A DNA stretch of 64,000 bases from Haliotis cracherodii (lineage: Eukaryota), in NCBI RefSeq assembly GCF_022045235.1, contig NW_027266266.1, positions 9,796,001 to 9,860,000 on the forward strand, read 5' to 3'. The stretch's first letter is position 1; each line of letters begins with the position of its first letter. The notes under the pieces are model-generated. The model was not told the DNA's origin, did not search any database, and saw only the letters and a program-made list of their open reading frames with translations. This document shows, in pieces, positions 31,664 through 44,600 of the stretch. The position numbers and the translations under genes are program-made.

Positions 31664-32196
31664 CATCTTCCCGAGGCAAGGGTGTTATATGACCTTCAAA
31701 GTTTTGTTTCTACCTTTGCCGAACTAGGCTGGAATTCCGGAGTTACATTTTGGCTGGACTCACGTGTCTATGCCTAGTTCACTCAAAATCGCGCAACGAA
31801 CTAGACTTCGGGTTCGTAAACAATATGAACTGCAAGGTGCACATTACCGTCGACTGCAGGATTTGCAGGGCATATGTGCTGCCAACTGGGGGGCGTCGAC
31901 AGTTATTTTGCAAATCCTTTCATGTTTTAATGAAGGTGCTCAAGTGGTTTGATGCACTTTGTGGATTAAGTCCCGTTTTATGACAATACAGATCTTGATT
32001 ATCGCCATTGTGACAGAAGCAAATGCAAGTGATATGAGAGATGGAATCTGATTGGTCAATAGGAGAGATATAGAAGGGACATAAATCGTAATTGCCACTG
32101 GCGGCGCTACGATCGAGGCTGGGAATTCTATCGTAGTTCGGCAACGGTGGAAACTGGACTTTTATAGTCAGTTAAAGCCCTTGCCTCAGGAAGATG
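31664..32196. mobile_element. Non-autonomous TIR DNA element, possibly hAT-type
   Basis: TIR catcttcccgaggcaaggg ... cccttgcctcaggaagatg; flanks tcatccac / tcatcctt resemble an eroded 8-bp TSD. A related end starts at 63707. Confidence 0.6.
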
Positions 32197-32899
32197 TCAT
32201 CCTTTAGGCGTACACTCCTTTCCTGAATGGATCATTGCTGAACGTTTTTATTACTTTGGGTTATTTCAGTGTTCATTTTGTGAGTGAGCTCGGGTTAGCA
32301 CTGCTTTAAACTGTATAATAGAGAATTTCAGTTATATCACGGCTTGATATTGAAAACCGTCAGTGTTGAAGATCGCATTGGTTGACATTTTATTGCATAG
32401 TATTGTATTGTGTTGTGTTGTATTGTAATGTATTAAATTGATTGTGATGTTTCAGAGAACATGTTATATGTCGGGTGAATGTCTTTTAACACCAATAAAA
32501 ATATATTTTTGTTTTGAAATAAGGCCTTATATATTGTATTACTTTGTTTGCGGGTATTTTTTGTCAAAAGGGACGGTGATCGAAATATAGATGAAAATTA
32601 AACTGCAAGCAATACTAATGCTAGGTACAATAAATTTACTAAAATTCTACCTGCGCGTTTCTTTTTTTGGAGAGTGTATGTATTGGTGTGAACATTAGTC
32701 AAAGTACAATAATAAGGAGCCTTTATTGTCAACGCTAATTTGTTATTTTCATTAATTAAATATCATTCACATGATATCACATATGTTACACAGGAAACAG
32801 TCACAGCGTGACGAAATGTGACTAATATATGTGAACGTAGTACTATAAATTGAACTGACGAATACACACGTTATTCATAAATGAAACAGACAGATCGAC

Positions 32900-33072
32900 A
32901 AAAATTACTCCAATAAAAACTCCAAAATATACTACAATAAATACAACAATAAATACAACAACAAATACAACAACAAATACTACAATAAATACTCCAAAAA
33001 ATACTACAATAGATACTACAATAAATACAACAACAAATACAACAATAAACGGCACAACAAATACAACAACAG
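32900..33072. repeat. 12-bp AT-rich tandem repeat (aaatacaacaat)n
   Basis: Directly visible; it produces the spurious hydrophobic ORF 32843..33085. Confidence 0.9.
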
Positions 33073-33421
33073 CATCAGTATACAAACACCTTCAAGGAAA
33101 TCTATCAACGGGAGTTCGAATCCCGGTTCGCCCTGATTGTTTCCAGGTTTGTCAGACCCATGGCCGTGTTACTGGGGTTAAAAAATAGTAAATGTCTCAG
33201 ACATGCATCACTTCAAGTTTTAAACCCACATAAAGCGATCGTGCCGTGATATGACCGCAAAACTGTATAAAGCAACGTTAAACCTAACTTACTCACTCAG
33301 TCACTCAGTCACTCACTCGCGTCCAGTGCAGAGACAAGAGGTCTTCTACTGTATAGAGATATCTGTCCAGTGTTCACGCCTTTATATTCATAACTGTACA
33401 TATGTGTGAGCTCGAAGCATA

Positions 33422-33606
33422 NNNNNNNNNNNNNNNNNNNNNNNNNNNNNNNNNNNNNNNNNNNNNNNNNNNNNNNNNNNNNNNNNNNNNNNNNNNNNNN
33501 NNNNNNNNNNNNNNNNNNNNNNNNNNNNNNNNNNNNNNNNNNNNNNNNNNNNNNNNNNNNNNNNNNNNNNNNNNNNNNNNNNNNNNNNNNNNNNNNNNNN
33601 NNNNNN
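33422..33606. other. Assembly gap (N run); further gaps at 36498-36627 and 37061-37415
   Basis: N runs in the sequence. Confidence 1.
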
Positions 33607-33829
33607 TTGGGTGCGGGTGTGGGTGGGTGTGTTTGTGTGTGGTGTGTGGGTGTGGGTGATGGTTTCATATCATCGTTCGCTGACGTCGTGGGGCTTGGCT
33701 CATAAAATCAATCACTGGATTGACTGGTCATTCAAACAAACTCCACACACACGCTGTTCCTTATCTTCCATGCTCAACCTACACAGATAAGACAGATCTG
33801 GCACCTCTGTCACTAAACTGTGCGTCGTC

Positions 33830-36800
33830 ATGTTGCTGGTTCTATATTATTTGGTGGTGGTGCATGTTTTACCTTCGGACTCTCAGTTTGATGGATGTCT
33901 ACAGAAACAGTTCAACTGCATTGCCGCCAAGTTTAGGGGGGAGTTTACACAAGATGGAGTTCACCTGACGAACGTGAGTACATAATGTATAAAGTTGGTC
34001 CTAGACTTGGAACAGTCTTCTACCAAATAGATTAATAATATCTGAAGGTCAAGGTAAGACTTCTTTGTCCTCAGCATTATGTTCCAAATCCACTGAAACA
34101 AAGTTCAAAGATATATTTTTGTTGTTTCTACCAGTTTGTTGCTACCTGATCTGCCTTTCTCTACCTGATCATCATAACTAATAATAGTTAATATAATCAT
34201 TTATATTATTTGTATTATCTTCTGTGTCTTGTCACTGTGTTTTTTCTATACAGAAATCCGGTATTTGTAACACAGATACATTTTGCTGAGGTCATGTGTT
34301 CGTTTAGGTCTCCCAGTTTCTTGGTACCGCTTGATGACTTTCTTTAACCAGCCCAAACTGTCTCACTACTTTTTCGTTGCTTCAATGATCAAGTTGGTTG
34401 GGTTGTTTTTGTTTAACGCCGCACTCAGCAATATTCCAGCTATATGACGGCAGTCTGTAAATAATCGAGTCTGGACAAGACAATCCAGTGATTAATATCA
34501 TGAGCATCGATCCTCGCAATTGGGATCGATGACATGCATCAACCAAGTCAGCGAGCCTGACCACCCGATCCCGTTAGTCGCCTTTTATGACAAGCATAGT
34601 CGCCTTTTACGGCAAACATGGGTTGCTGAAGACCTATTCTACCCCGGATCTTCACGGGTCTCAAGGATCAAGTAATGACTCGTTGTAGCGTGAGGCATGG
34701 AACGTTATCTTACGCTTTATTTTTGTATGGTAGAGCACGGAGAAGGTGTTCTATGATGAAGATAGAAGAATGATAGCGAGAGAGGAGTATGGACAAACGG
34801 ACGGACAACCATTCCTGACATTCCGCCTCTTTGACTATCCCAACGTAAGTGAACATTGGACTGAAATTGCTCAAGATTATTAATTTGAAATTGCTGAATA
34901 AACTACTATAATACTTTTTCTGGGGTAAAGTATCAATACTAGAATGCGTTGTTTCTAAGTGCACCACATCACCGTGACAACGGAACATTCCCAAGAATAG
35001 ACTCTGTGTTGTGAAAACACGTGATGTGTGAGTGAGTGAGTTAGGTTTAACGCTGCTTTGAAAAAGACGTGGTGGCACGGTGGTCTAGTCTTCTGAGACG
35101 CCACAATTTGCTGTGCAGAGTTGCGTCCCTTGGACACACCAGGAACATATGACTGTGGGTTCGAATCCCGGTTCTTAATAGGTCCCAACTGATATGATGT
35201 TATAGGCCGGTATTTGTTCGTGGTTGATATACTGTATACACGTTACATGCATTATAGTAAACGACGTTTATTACGAACTACGTTTATAACGAACTCAAAG
35301 GGATCACAAATTTTAGTTCGTTATAACCGTAGTTCGATATGAGCATATATGCTGTATATATACAGCACACGGCCGGAACCCAAAATAAGTTCGTTATATC
35401 CGTGAGTTCGTTATAAGCGTGTTCGTTATAAACGTAGTTCACTGTCATGTAAATTATCTGTACTCAACAGAACACCCTGTATGATGTGGTGACAATCGAT
35501 GGCAAAGAGATATGTGTGAAGATCCCCTTGGATGAGCCTTTCAAGAAGGAGTGCATCCCAGGTAAATGGGTGCATCAGCTACAAGACCCGATATTCATAG
35601 ATGCCTGCCCTTCCGAGCACACCAATCGTGTGTTTTGGCATTTGAGTTTTGGTGTTAATGAATGTAATAACCAGTCTCAATTATCCACCGAAACAGATTC
35701 CATTGGGCGTGAAGCACATAGCTGTGAAAATGATATGAATGGATCACTAAGAATCAGTGATGACACCAGGTGTCTGGAAAGGGGTAAGCATGTCCTACCC
35801 TAACGGCAGCACCCACCATTCACACAAGTTGCATGAAATGTGAGCGTTTAAGTCTTGCCTGATGCCACACAGAAGACAAGAAAGAATATGGATGGCATAT
35901 GATTTTGACGTCATGGTAACCGATGGTCACAATGGTCTACAAAGCATTAAACAGTGATGCAAGTTTTCACCAAAGCGATATTTTCTTCGGAAGGCAACTT
36001 TTGGATGACAAAGTAGACACAATGTATGGATAACAACTTCTTTATTTTCTGTAATGGCGACGTTTCGGAATTGATACCGTTGTCCTTAAATTGTTACTTG
36101 ACAACTGTATGAGGATCTATAGCGAAACGTCGCCATCGCGGTAATATAAAGAAGTATCCATAAATTGATAAATTGTGTCTACTTTGTCATCCGTCTACTT
36201 CTAAAAGTTGTCTTTCAAACAGTTTAACTTTGGGTGATAAATATGGATCTCTGACTAGGTTCTCATTAATTCGTCACCCACCTATCATCTGACAAAAGAC
36301 TTTCTCTTGGAGTCAGTCCAACTTAGTAATACCCTACTCCAATGTGTACTCAATGCATTGAGGGGCGGTCGGGTAGCCTAGTGGTTAAAGCGTTCGCTCG
36401 TCACGCCGAAGACCCGGTTTCGATTCCCGACATGGGTACTATGTGTGAAGCCCATTTCTGGTGTCCCCCGCCGTGATATTGCTGGAATATTGCTAAANNN
36501 NNNNNNNNNNNNNNNNNNNNNNNNNNNNNNNNNNNNNNNNNNNNNNNNNNNNNNNNNNNNNNNNNNNNNNNNNNNNNNNNNNNNNNNNNNNNNNNNNNNN
36601 NNNNNNNNNNNNNNNNNNNNNNNNNNNTGAACAATTATACACGTACCCACATCTACAGGCAACCCAAGGTCCACACGGGGCGGTCGGGTAGCCTAGTGGT
36701 TAAAGCGTTCGCTCGTCACGCCTAAGATCCGGGGTCGATTCCCGACATGGGTACAATGTGTGAAGCCAATTTCTGGTGTCCCCCGTCGTGATATTGCTGG

Positions 36801-38533
36801 AATATTGCTCACTCATTCAAGGTCCACCCTTAGATTGGTCAGATCCTCCATGACGAGCAGGCGAGTCCATCTTTGTAGTCCATTCTTCTTTTCAGATAAT
36901 AGAGACTACATATGGATAAAATCTCCGCTAGGTGACATGGTGCCCACGATAAGGTTTAAATGGGAGGTTGGCAACCTGACCACGGAACTGACATACACCT
37001 ACGCCATGCAGCCGGTCCTACTAGATACGTACGGCACCGACCTGGATGGAGGTAAACTTCNNNNNNNNNNNNNNNNNNNNNNNNNNNNNNNNNNNNNNNN
37101 NNNNNNNNNNNNNNNNNNNNNNNNNNNNNNNNNNNNNNNNNNNNNNNNNNNNNNNNNNNNNNNNNNNNNNNNNNNNNNNNNNNNNNNNNNNNNNNNNNNN
37201 NNNNNNNNNNNNNNNNNNNNNNNNNNNNNNNNNNNNNNNNNNNNNNNNNNNNNNNNNNNNNNNNNNNNNNNNNNNNNNNNNNNNNNNNNNNNNNNNNNNN
37301 NNNNNNNNNNNNNNNNNNNNNNNNNNNNNNNNNNNNNNNNNNNNNNNNNNNNNNNNNNNNNNNNNNNNNNNNNNNNNNNNNNNNNNNNNNNNNNNNNNNN
37401 NNNNNNNNNNNNNNNGGTATGATACGTTAAGGAGATGAGATAGCCAAATGGTTATTGAGTTTGCTCGACAGGCACAATGTTCATCAGCAGGATGAGTATT
37501 TTGGCTCTACACATGTTTTTACTCGTGGTATCGCATCGACATAACACACCTGCATTATAGTATGGCAAATACGGTCAATGGTTGTTAAAGAAAATATGTA
37601 TAATTATATAATAATACATGTAATAATAAACGTAACTTTATGAAAGCAAATGTACATCTGCCAGTGTTACCTAACTGATGCTCTTCATGGTGGGACACCA
37701 GTGGGTATTTCCTTGAAGATCCCAGTCTCACATGTGAGATCAGACAGGAGGGAACGGGTGGCTACATTGTTGGGGCGATGATGGGCGTCATCGGACCCAA
37801 ATTCCAAACATCATGTCACTTTCGGTTTGTCTGGCTGATATTCGAGTATTTTCAGGAAACGCTGACATAGCTGGGGTTTTGCTGACTGCAGCGTAAAACA
37901 ACTTTCACTCACTCTGATTTTTTCAGTGTCAGTGTTTGAGACAGTATGGATCCAGAACATCACAGACACGACAGCCAGTGCTGAAATTTTTACCCCTCCT
38001 CCAAGTTGCGGGAACGCAGTGTTCCAGGTGAGACACATGGAGATTTGTTAACTATTCTATCCCTTTCACATCGAACTCAAATGGACCACTAATCTTAGTT
38101 CGTTATAACCGTAGTTCATTATAAGCATATATACAGCATCTATACAGCAAATGGCCGGGACCAAAAAATGAGTTCGTATATCCGTCAGTTCGTTATAAGC
38201 GTGTTCGTTATAAACGTATTTTACTGTATACTTCTCATTCATCTTCTGACAGCATCAGTTCCTGGAAACATGTCTCAAAAGTGTTGCTACTCAGTCTTAT
38301 ATATCCAAAATATGATGAATCACTCACAACCGATGTTTTCCCTTGACTCGTCCAACAGCTAACAACAACCCAAGCTCCACCAAAAAGACTCACTGGGTGT
38401 TCAGTTGTTGCAATGAAATGTGACAAGTGTGAAATACATATCGTGAATATGAGACGAGTACTTAATTCTGTTTGGTTCTTTTCAGGGTACACTTGAGCCC
38501 TACAGTCGAAACACGGGATACCTGTCATTTTGA
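33830..38533 (+). CDS. Ependymin-related protein, copy 1 (secreted, 216 aa, 6 coding exons)
   Basis: Exons 33830-33973, 34734-34844, 35471-35561, 36896-37051, 37927-38027, 38486-38533; GT-AG, in phase, 651 nt. Hydrophobic N-terminus MLLVLYYLVVVHVLPSDS, then CxxxQF, YD..RR..RE, LFDY, LY.V.....C.K..L..PF...CIP, SPLG, QPV, N.T.....IF.PP.SC. This matches the ependymin motif order. Two N gaps lie in introns. Confidence 0.8.
35990..36220. mobile_element. Palindromic Penelope-like terminal footprint, family P2
   Basis: Inverted arms around cgtttcgg...cttgacaac...cgaaacgtcgccat; second copy at 40945-41125. Confidence 0.6.
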
Positions 38534-41500
38534 CTTGAGAGTACATGGGAAATATTGTATCAATGACGCTGTTGTTCATTTATTCCGTAATAAAAATACC
38601 GTCAAATCATTTTTAATAGAAACCTCTTCATGATATGATGTTCATTTGCATGGTTTCAATATCATAATTGGTGGATTGGATTTATCTACTCGTAAAATAA
38701 ACACATTTCAGTGACAATTTTGTACAAACAAATTGTTCCTTTCTTGTTTTATGCCATAGTCGGCAATACTCAATGTATTCATGAACTACGTATGTGTGAA
38801 TGTTATTTTTAATGATGTATTCACAAAGGTCTGTGTCATATTTCAAATAGAACTCGATGAACATATGAGGAAGAGAATATATGGATGTCAACTTCTTTAT
38901 TATGAGGAACAAAACGTTTCGGAGTGCAGTTACTCCTTCAAGAGGTGAATGAAGGAGTAAGAAAATACATCAAAACGTTGTATTCCTCATAATGAAAAAG
39001 TTGACATCCATATGTTCTCTTCCTTAGGTGTATCACTTCTAAATGCCTTCCAAAGATTCGATGAACATAGTCTAACATGGGCATGGAGCATATTTTCGAT
39101 ATTTAGTGAGAACGGCAATGAACTGTTTTAAAACAATTATGCCATACAGCTTCAACGTTTTAGGTGATAAACAATTTAAGTGCCTCGTTCAGATTAAATA
39201 AAGTTATTATTTCTATATCTCTTTTCACAAACGTAGACCATAAACAAATATGAAATAATCTCTACAAACCTTTTGATTGATAAACAGCAAAACCGTTAAC
39301 ATCAATTTCTAATGCTACTGAACTTTTCTTTTATTAAACATATTATTATGACATATGTACTTCACACAGCATAACAATAACCGCCTTTGAACAGTATAAT
39401 ACACGGCGTGTCAGTTTTGTGTGGGAGGAAGGACACAATTGGTGTGGCTTGTAGACGTTTAGCACATCAGTGAAACCAAGGAGCATGGCGAGTCGATAGT
39501 ACGATTCCGACTATATCATGAGAATGTGTTTATTAATAACTTAAGAAAAATGATCTGCAGAAAATAATCAATACCCTTTATTGTGACCTTGACCGTACAC
39601 GTAAGTCACCGATCAACAATTTAAACCAACCCGTCTCCAACTCAAAGGATGGCATGTACCAAGTTTCATTGACCTATAGTGAAACTTTTCGAGTTAGGAG
39701 CGGAACAATTTGTTTTCATCTTGACCGTGACCGTGACCGTGACCTTGACCTGACATGACAGTGTGTCAAGGACATATACCAGGGCAATAAATGAGATATA
39801 CGTGAGACCGCACAGTAACAAAAACAATATAGCAAAAGCTACTAGTACTAGTCACTTATTAACAGTGACATCGTGACCTACGACTGATATCACAAGATTG
39901 TCAACAGGTGTCATACATAAGTATTAACTTTAATAACAAACAAAAGGCATGCCAGTGAACGTGGTAGACCAACATCTAGCCTCTGAAATGAACATATTTT
40001 ACAGAAAATCAGTTGTTAAATTACAGTTATAAAATATAATAAAAAGAAGCCAAGAGATTTTCCTCCTGACACTGCAGTAATCTAGACTTGCCAAACAGTA
40101 TTGACTTGCATAGTCTGTATTGGATATATTTGTTTCAGAGTCTGTATGGCAGACTATGAACGTGGCAGACATTTATTATAAAGCATCCCGTGACCTTGTT
40201 GTTAAATGTAGTCACACATGACCTTGTGCACAGTCCAAGTGATGACATGTACAAATTTTCATTAAAGTACATTATTTGTTACTTGAGCAACCCATGCTTG
40301 CCGTCGAGGGCGAATATGCTTGTCGTAAGAGGCGACTAACGGGATCCGGTGGTCAGGCTCGCTGACATTGTTAATGCATGTCATCGTATCCCAATTGCGT
40401 GGATGGATGCTCATGATGTCAATCACTGAACTGTCTGGTCCAGACTCGATTATTTACAGGCAGCCGTCATATAGCTGGAATATTGTTGAGAGCTGCGTTA
40501 AACACCAAACAAACAACCAACAAACGTTGTTGAGCTACCCTCCTATCATCTGACATACCCCCAAAACGCAATCAGCACATACGTGACCGGTGAATGTGCC
40601 AACAACAATTCCAACAGGACGAAACCTTTTTTTCACTTTTTGGAAACCTACGTTGGACAAAGACGAACAGGTCATTTGGCAATAAATCATTTATATTTCA
40701 AGCGCTGAAAATGAACTCGGCTATTAACTTACAAACTCAGTATGAAATTATATGCCTTTATTGTTTTGGTCAAGATCTTGTGCACTGTTGACACTATGAA
40801 AGTGTGTATCCATTAAACCATATTTGTCAACTTCGTGTATGTCTAACCTTAAGCTTCGCAATTTGTCATCTTGCAAATGTTTAAATCTACTACCAGTGTC
40901 TGATTAATTTATTCATTTCTTACATGAATTGTGTGATAGACATTTCTTAGAAGTTGACGGATGGCAAAGAAGACACAATTTATGGATAACAACTTCTTTA
41001 TTTTACTGAAATGGGACGTTTCGGTATAGGTCCTTATACCGTTGTCAAGCAATCTACACCGAAACATCGCCATTACAGTAAAATAAAGAAGTTGTTATCC
41101 ATAAATTGTTTTTACGTTGTCATTTGTTTCATGTCCAGCATAAATGCTTCTACTGTTTTCATCTGACATTCATATACAGTCCCTATCATCAACTACTTCA
41201 TCAATGTCTATCATGCATGCATATACGACTTTCACTTGCATATAAGGAAGAGAATTTATGTATGTCAACTTCTTTATTATGAGGACACACAACGTTTCGG
41301 AGTACATGCTTACTCCTTCATCAGGTGAATGAAGGAGTAAGCATAAACGTTGAAACGTTGTCTTCCTCATAATAAAAAAAGTTGACATCAATATATTCTC
41401 TTCCTTATGTGTATCACTTCTAAATGCCTTTCGAAGACCTTCACTTGTATACATCTTCTTATGGTACTATATTTTATTACTGATTTTCTGCTATTGTTGT

Positions 41501-41659
41501 GTATCTTATTCAAACCTTTATGACCGACTGTTTTCTATTTTCTAGTGCATACAAAACTCCACACACAGGCTGTTCGTTATCTCCAATGCCAGACCTACAT
41601 AACATGTGTCAGATAAGACACCTCTACCACTAAACTGTGTTCAAGGTCTGGGCGGCGTC

Positions 41660-44600
41660 ATGTTGCTGGTTCTATATTATTTGGTGGTGGTGCATGTTTT
41701 ACCTTCGGACTCTCAGTTTGATGGATGTCTACAGAAACAGTTCAACTGCATTGCCGCCAAGTTTAGGGGGGAGTACACACCGCTTGGATTTCACCTGACA
41801 GACGTGAGTGTAACTTAATGTTAAAGTAAGTGGACCCTGGACTGGAATCAATCTGTTATCAAAATAAATTAATCCAAAATAACTAAAATCTGTTATCAGC
41901 CGAGTGTCTAGATTGGAATCAGTCATTTTAACATCCAAGGTGTTTCTAATATGTCGTCGGCAGTGTGTTCCAAATACATGGAAACAACATTGCAATATTA
42001 TGTTAACTGTTGGAGTTACTACCCAACCGTTTTATTATATTTATTATAGTTAATGCAAGTATAGGATTAATAAATGCAATTATAGGAACAGGTACATCCC
42101 TGAATATCTCGAGGAGGTTCGTTAACCTTACCTATGGACAAGTTCTTTCCAATTGCTTCTTTTTCCCCAAACCAGGCCTATATTATATTCTTATTTCCAG
42201 CATCTACACTTACTAGCTATCATTTATTACGCTTTTATTATTTGCTGAAAGAAAGTCACGTGTTAAATTAGTTCTTTCTGCGTTTGGGTATCGCTTGTAT
42301 ATGTGTTGTTTTATTGGGTATGTCATCATTTGTAGAATGCACAAAAAGGAGGAAACAGAATGTGAGAAAACCCATTCTGTCCCAGTCTGGCTGCCCTACA
42401 TGGAAAGTTTGTAGCTGTTCCAACTAACAGGGCCTCAAATAGCATACTCAGTAACCATAATATGTAACCATCACTACATTAATTGTTTGATCAAAGAACT
42501 TGATATGAGTGGCATATAATGCCGCATGTAAGGCCAGTATATTCACTGAGGATGATATATGCTAGGTCAATGCATCAGTACTATCAACCATTGACTTGAC
42601 TCTAAAACCTCTTTTGTACTGGATTCCAAAGTTCCAAAGATCCAAAGAGAGAGATATTGCTGGGTCTAGCAAGTGTACCATCAAATCCCTGTGTTAAAGA
42701 TTAGCCATCATCTTAAATACAATCATGAAAGGACTTCACAGAAAGTATTTGGGACAAATGGAATTAATACCATGTGGATTCCCAAAAACGCAAATGATTT
42801 GTTTGAATTTTCACAAACTAAGAAACCTGACACAAGGAATAACTTAAGGAATTATAACATTTGATTTCACAACTTTATACTATATGATAAACTTCTGGGA
42901 AAACGTCCTTCCTTGATCCATGGAGCATTTGTTACCAAATGCGGTGACCATGTAGATGTGGTTATATCTCTATCTTCAGAGGTTCAGGACAATTATCAAA
43001 AACGAATACACATGTCATCTGAAGTTTACTGAGAAAACAATAGATGAAATGTTCTTGGATTGGCCAAAACGTATGTCTTTGACGTTGATTCACTGATGAA
43101 ATAACTTCTCGCTGCGCGAGGCATGGAACGTTATCTTACGTTGTGTTGGTGTATCGTAGAGCACGGAGAAGGTTTTCTATGATGAAGATAGAAGAATGAT
43201 AGCGAGAGAGGAGTATGGACAAACGGACGGACAACCTTTCCTGACATTCCGCCTCTTTGACTATCCCAACGTAAGTAAACACTGGACTACAATTATTCAA
43301 GATTATCAATTTCTAATGTTCAATACACATTGAGTAATATAATTTAACTAAAGCAAGCAATACATTACCCAAAATATGGACCCGTGAAGATCCGGGGTAG
43401 AATAGGTCTTCAGCAACCCATGCTTGCTGTAAAAGGCGACTATGCTTGGTGTAAAAGGCGACTAACAGGATCGGGTGGTAAGGCTCGCTGACTTGGTTGA
43501 TGTATGTCATCGTATCCTAATTGCACAATCGATGCTCATGATGTCAATCACTGTATTGTCTGTTCTAGACTCGATTATTTACAGACCGCCGTCATAAAGC
43601 TGGAATATTGCTGAGTGCGGCGTTAAACATCAAACAAACAAAACCCAGAATATGCTTTTTCTTAGTTATCGGAACGAGTTGAGCAAAACTTGGATTCAGA
43701 AAGTCGACCATGAATAAAATAGAACATCAATGCAAGAAAATAACCAGTCTTGATTATCCGCCGAAACCATTTGGCATGAAGGGCACAGTGACTTTCGGTG
43801 CATTAACATGTTCACTCATCCTTTTACCACCAGTATATTCACGTATTCAATTTAAGACTTCTTGAACTTCCGTGTTTTCATACCTCCCTGTGTTGATTTA
43901 AATAACTTTAATGTATAACAATCTCCCTTCACCAGGAGACGTTGTATGATGTGGTCACGGTCGATGGCAAAGAGACGTGTGTGAAGCTGGCCTTGGATAA
44001 ACCTTTCAAGAAGGTGTGCATGCCAAGTAAGTCATTACTTTTGCAAGGGTCCCATGTGCTCCAGACAGCCCTGGCGACAAAATCATCTATTCGCATGCTG
44101 CTGCCTTTTGAGCAGACCATTTTGTCGATGGATATTGGTGGCCATTTGCTAATATGTATTCCAACTGAATTTAAAGGTGAGGTGAAATGGGGTTTGACGT
44201 CGCGTCCAAGATTATTGCACTTATATAGCGACGTGCATGCATGTGTGATTGTTTGTGTTGCTGCTTGTACTCGTCCGGACTGATGCCGGATTGTAATGCT
44301 AGCACGCTGATCCACCTTATTTTAGCCCCTTAATGCCGAGCGCCAGACAGGGTAACAACAAGTACCATCTTTTAACGTCTTTTGGAATGACGCGACCGGG
44401 GATCGAACCCTGGACCTTCCGCTCTCCGGGCGAACGCTCTACCACTAGACCACGGAGGCGGTCAACTGCATTTAAAGTTCTGTAGGGTATTATATTTTGT
44501 TTGCCCTAAATAACAAATATATCGTTCCGGGCTACTAAATACAATGTCCACACAAAGCTTGGACAAATCCTATGTGAAGACGAGTTCTTTGTATGGTGTG

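Noticed and set aside
32843-33085. Hydrophobic Val/Phe-rich ORF
   Set aside because: Artefact of a 12-bp tandem repeat.
36760-37438. Long ORFs of 130-220 aa
   Set aside because: Inflated by N gaps; only 36896-37051 is a real (EPDR) exon.
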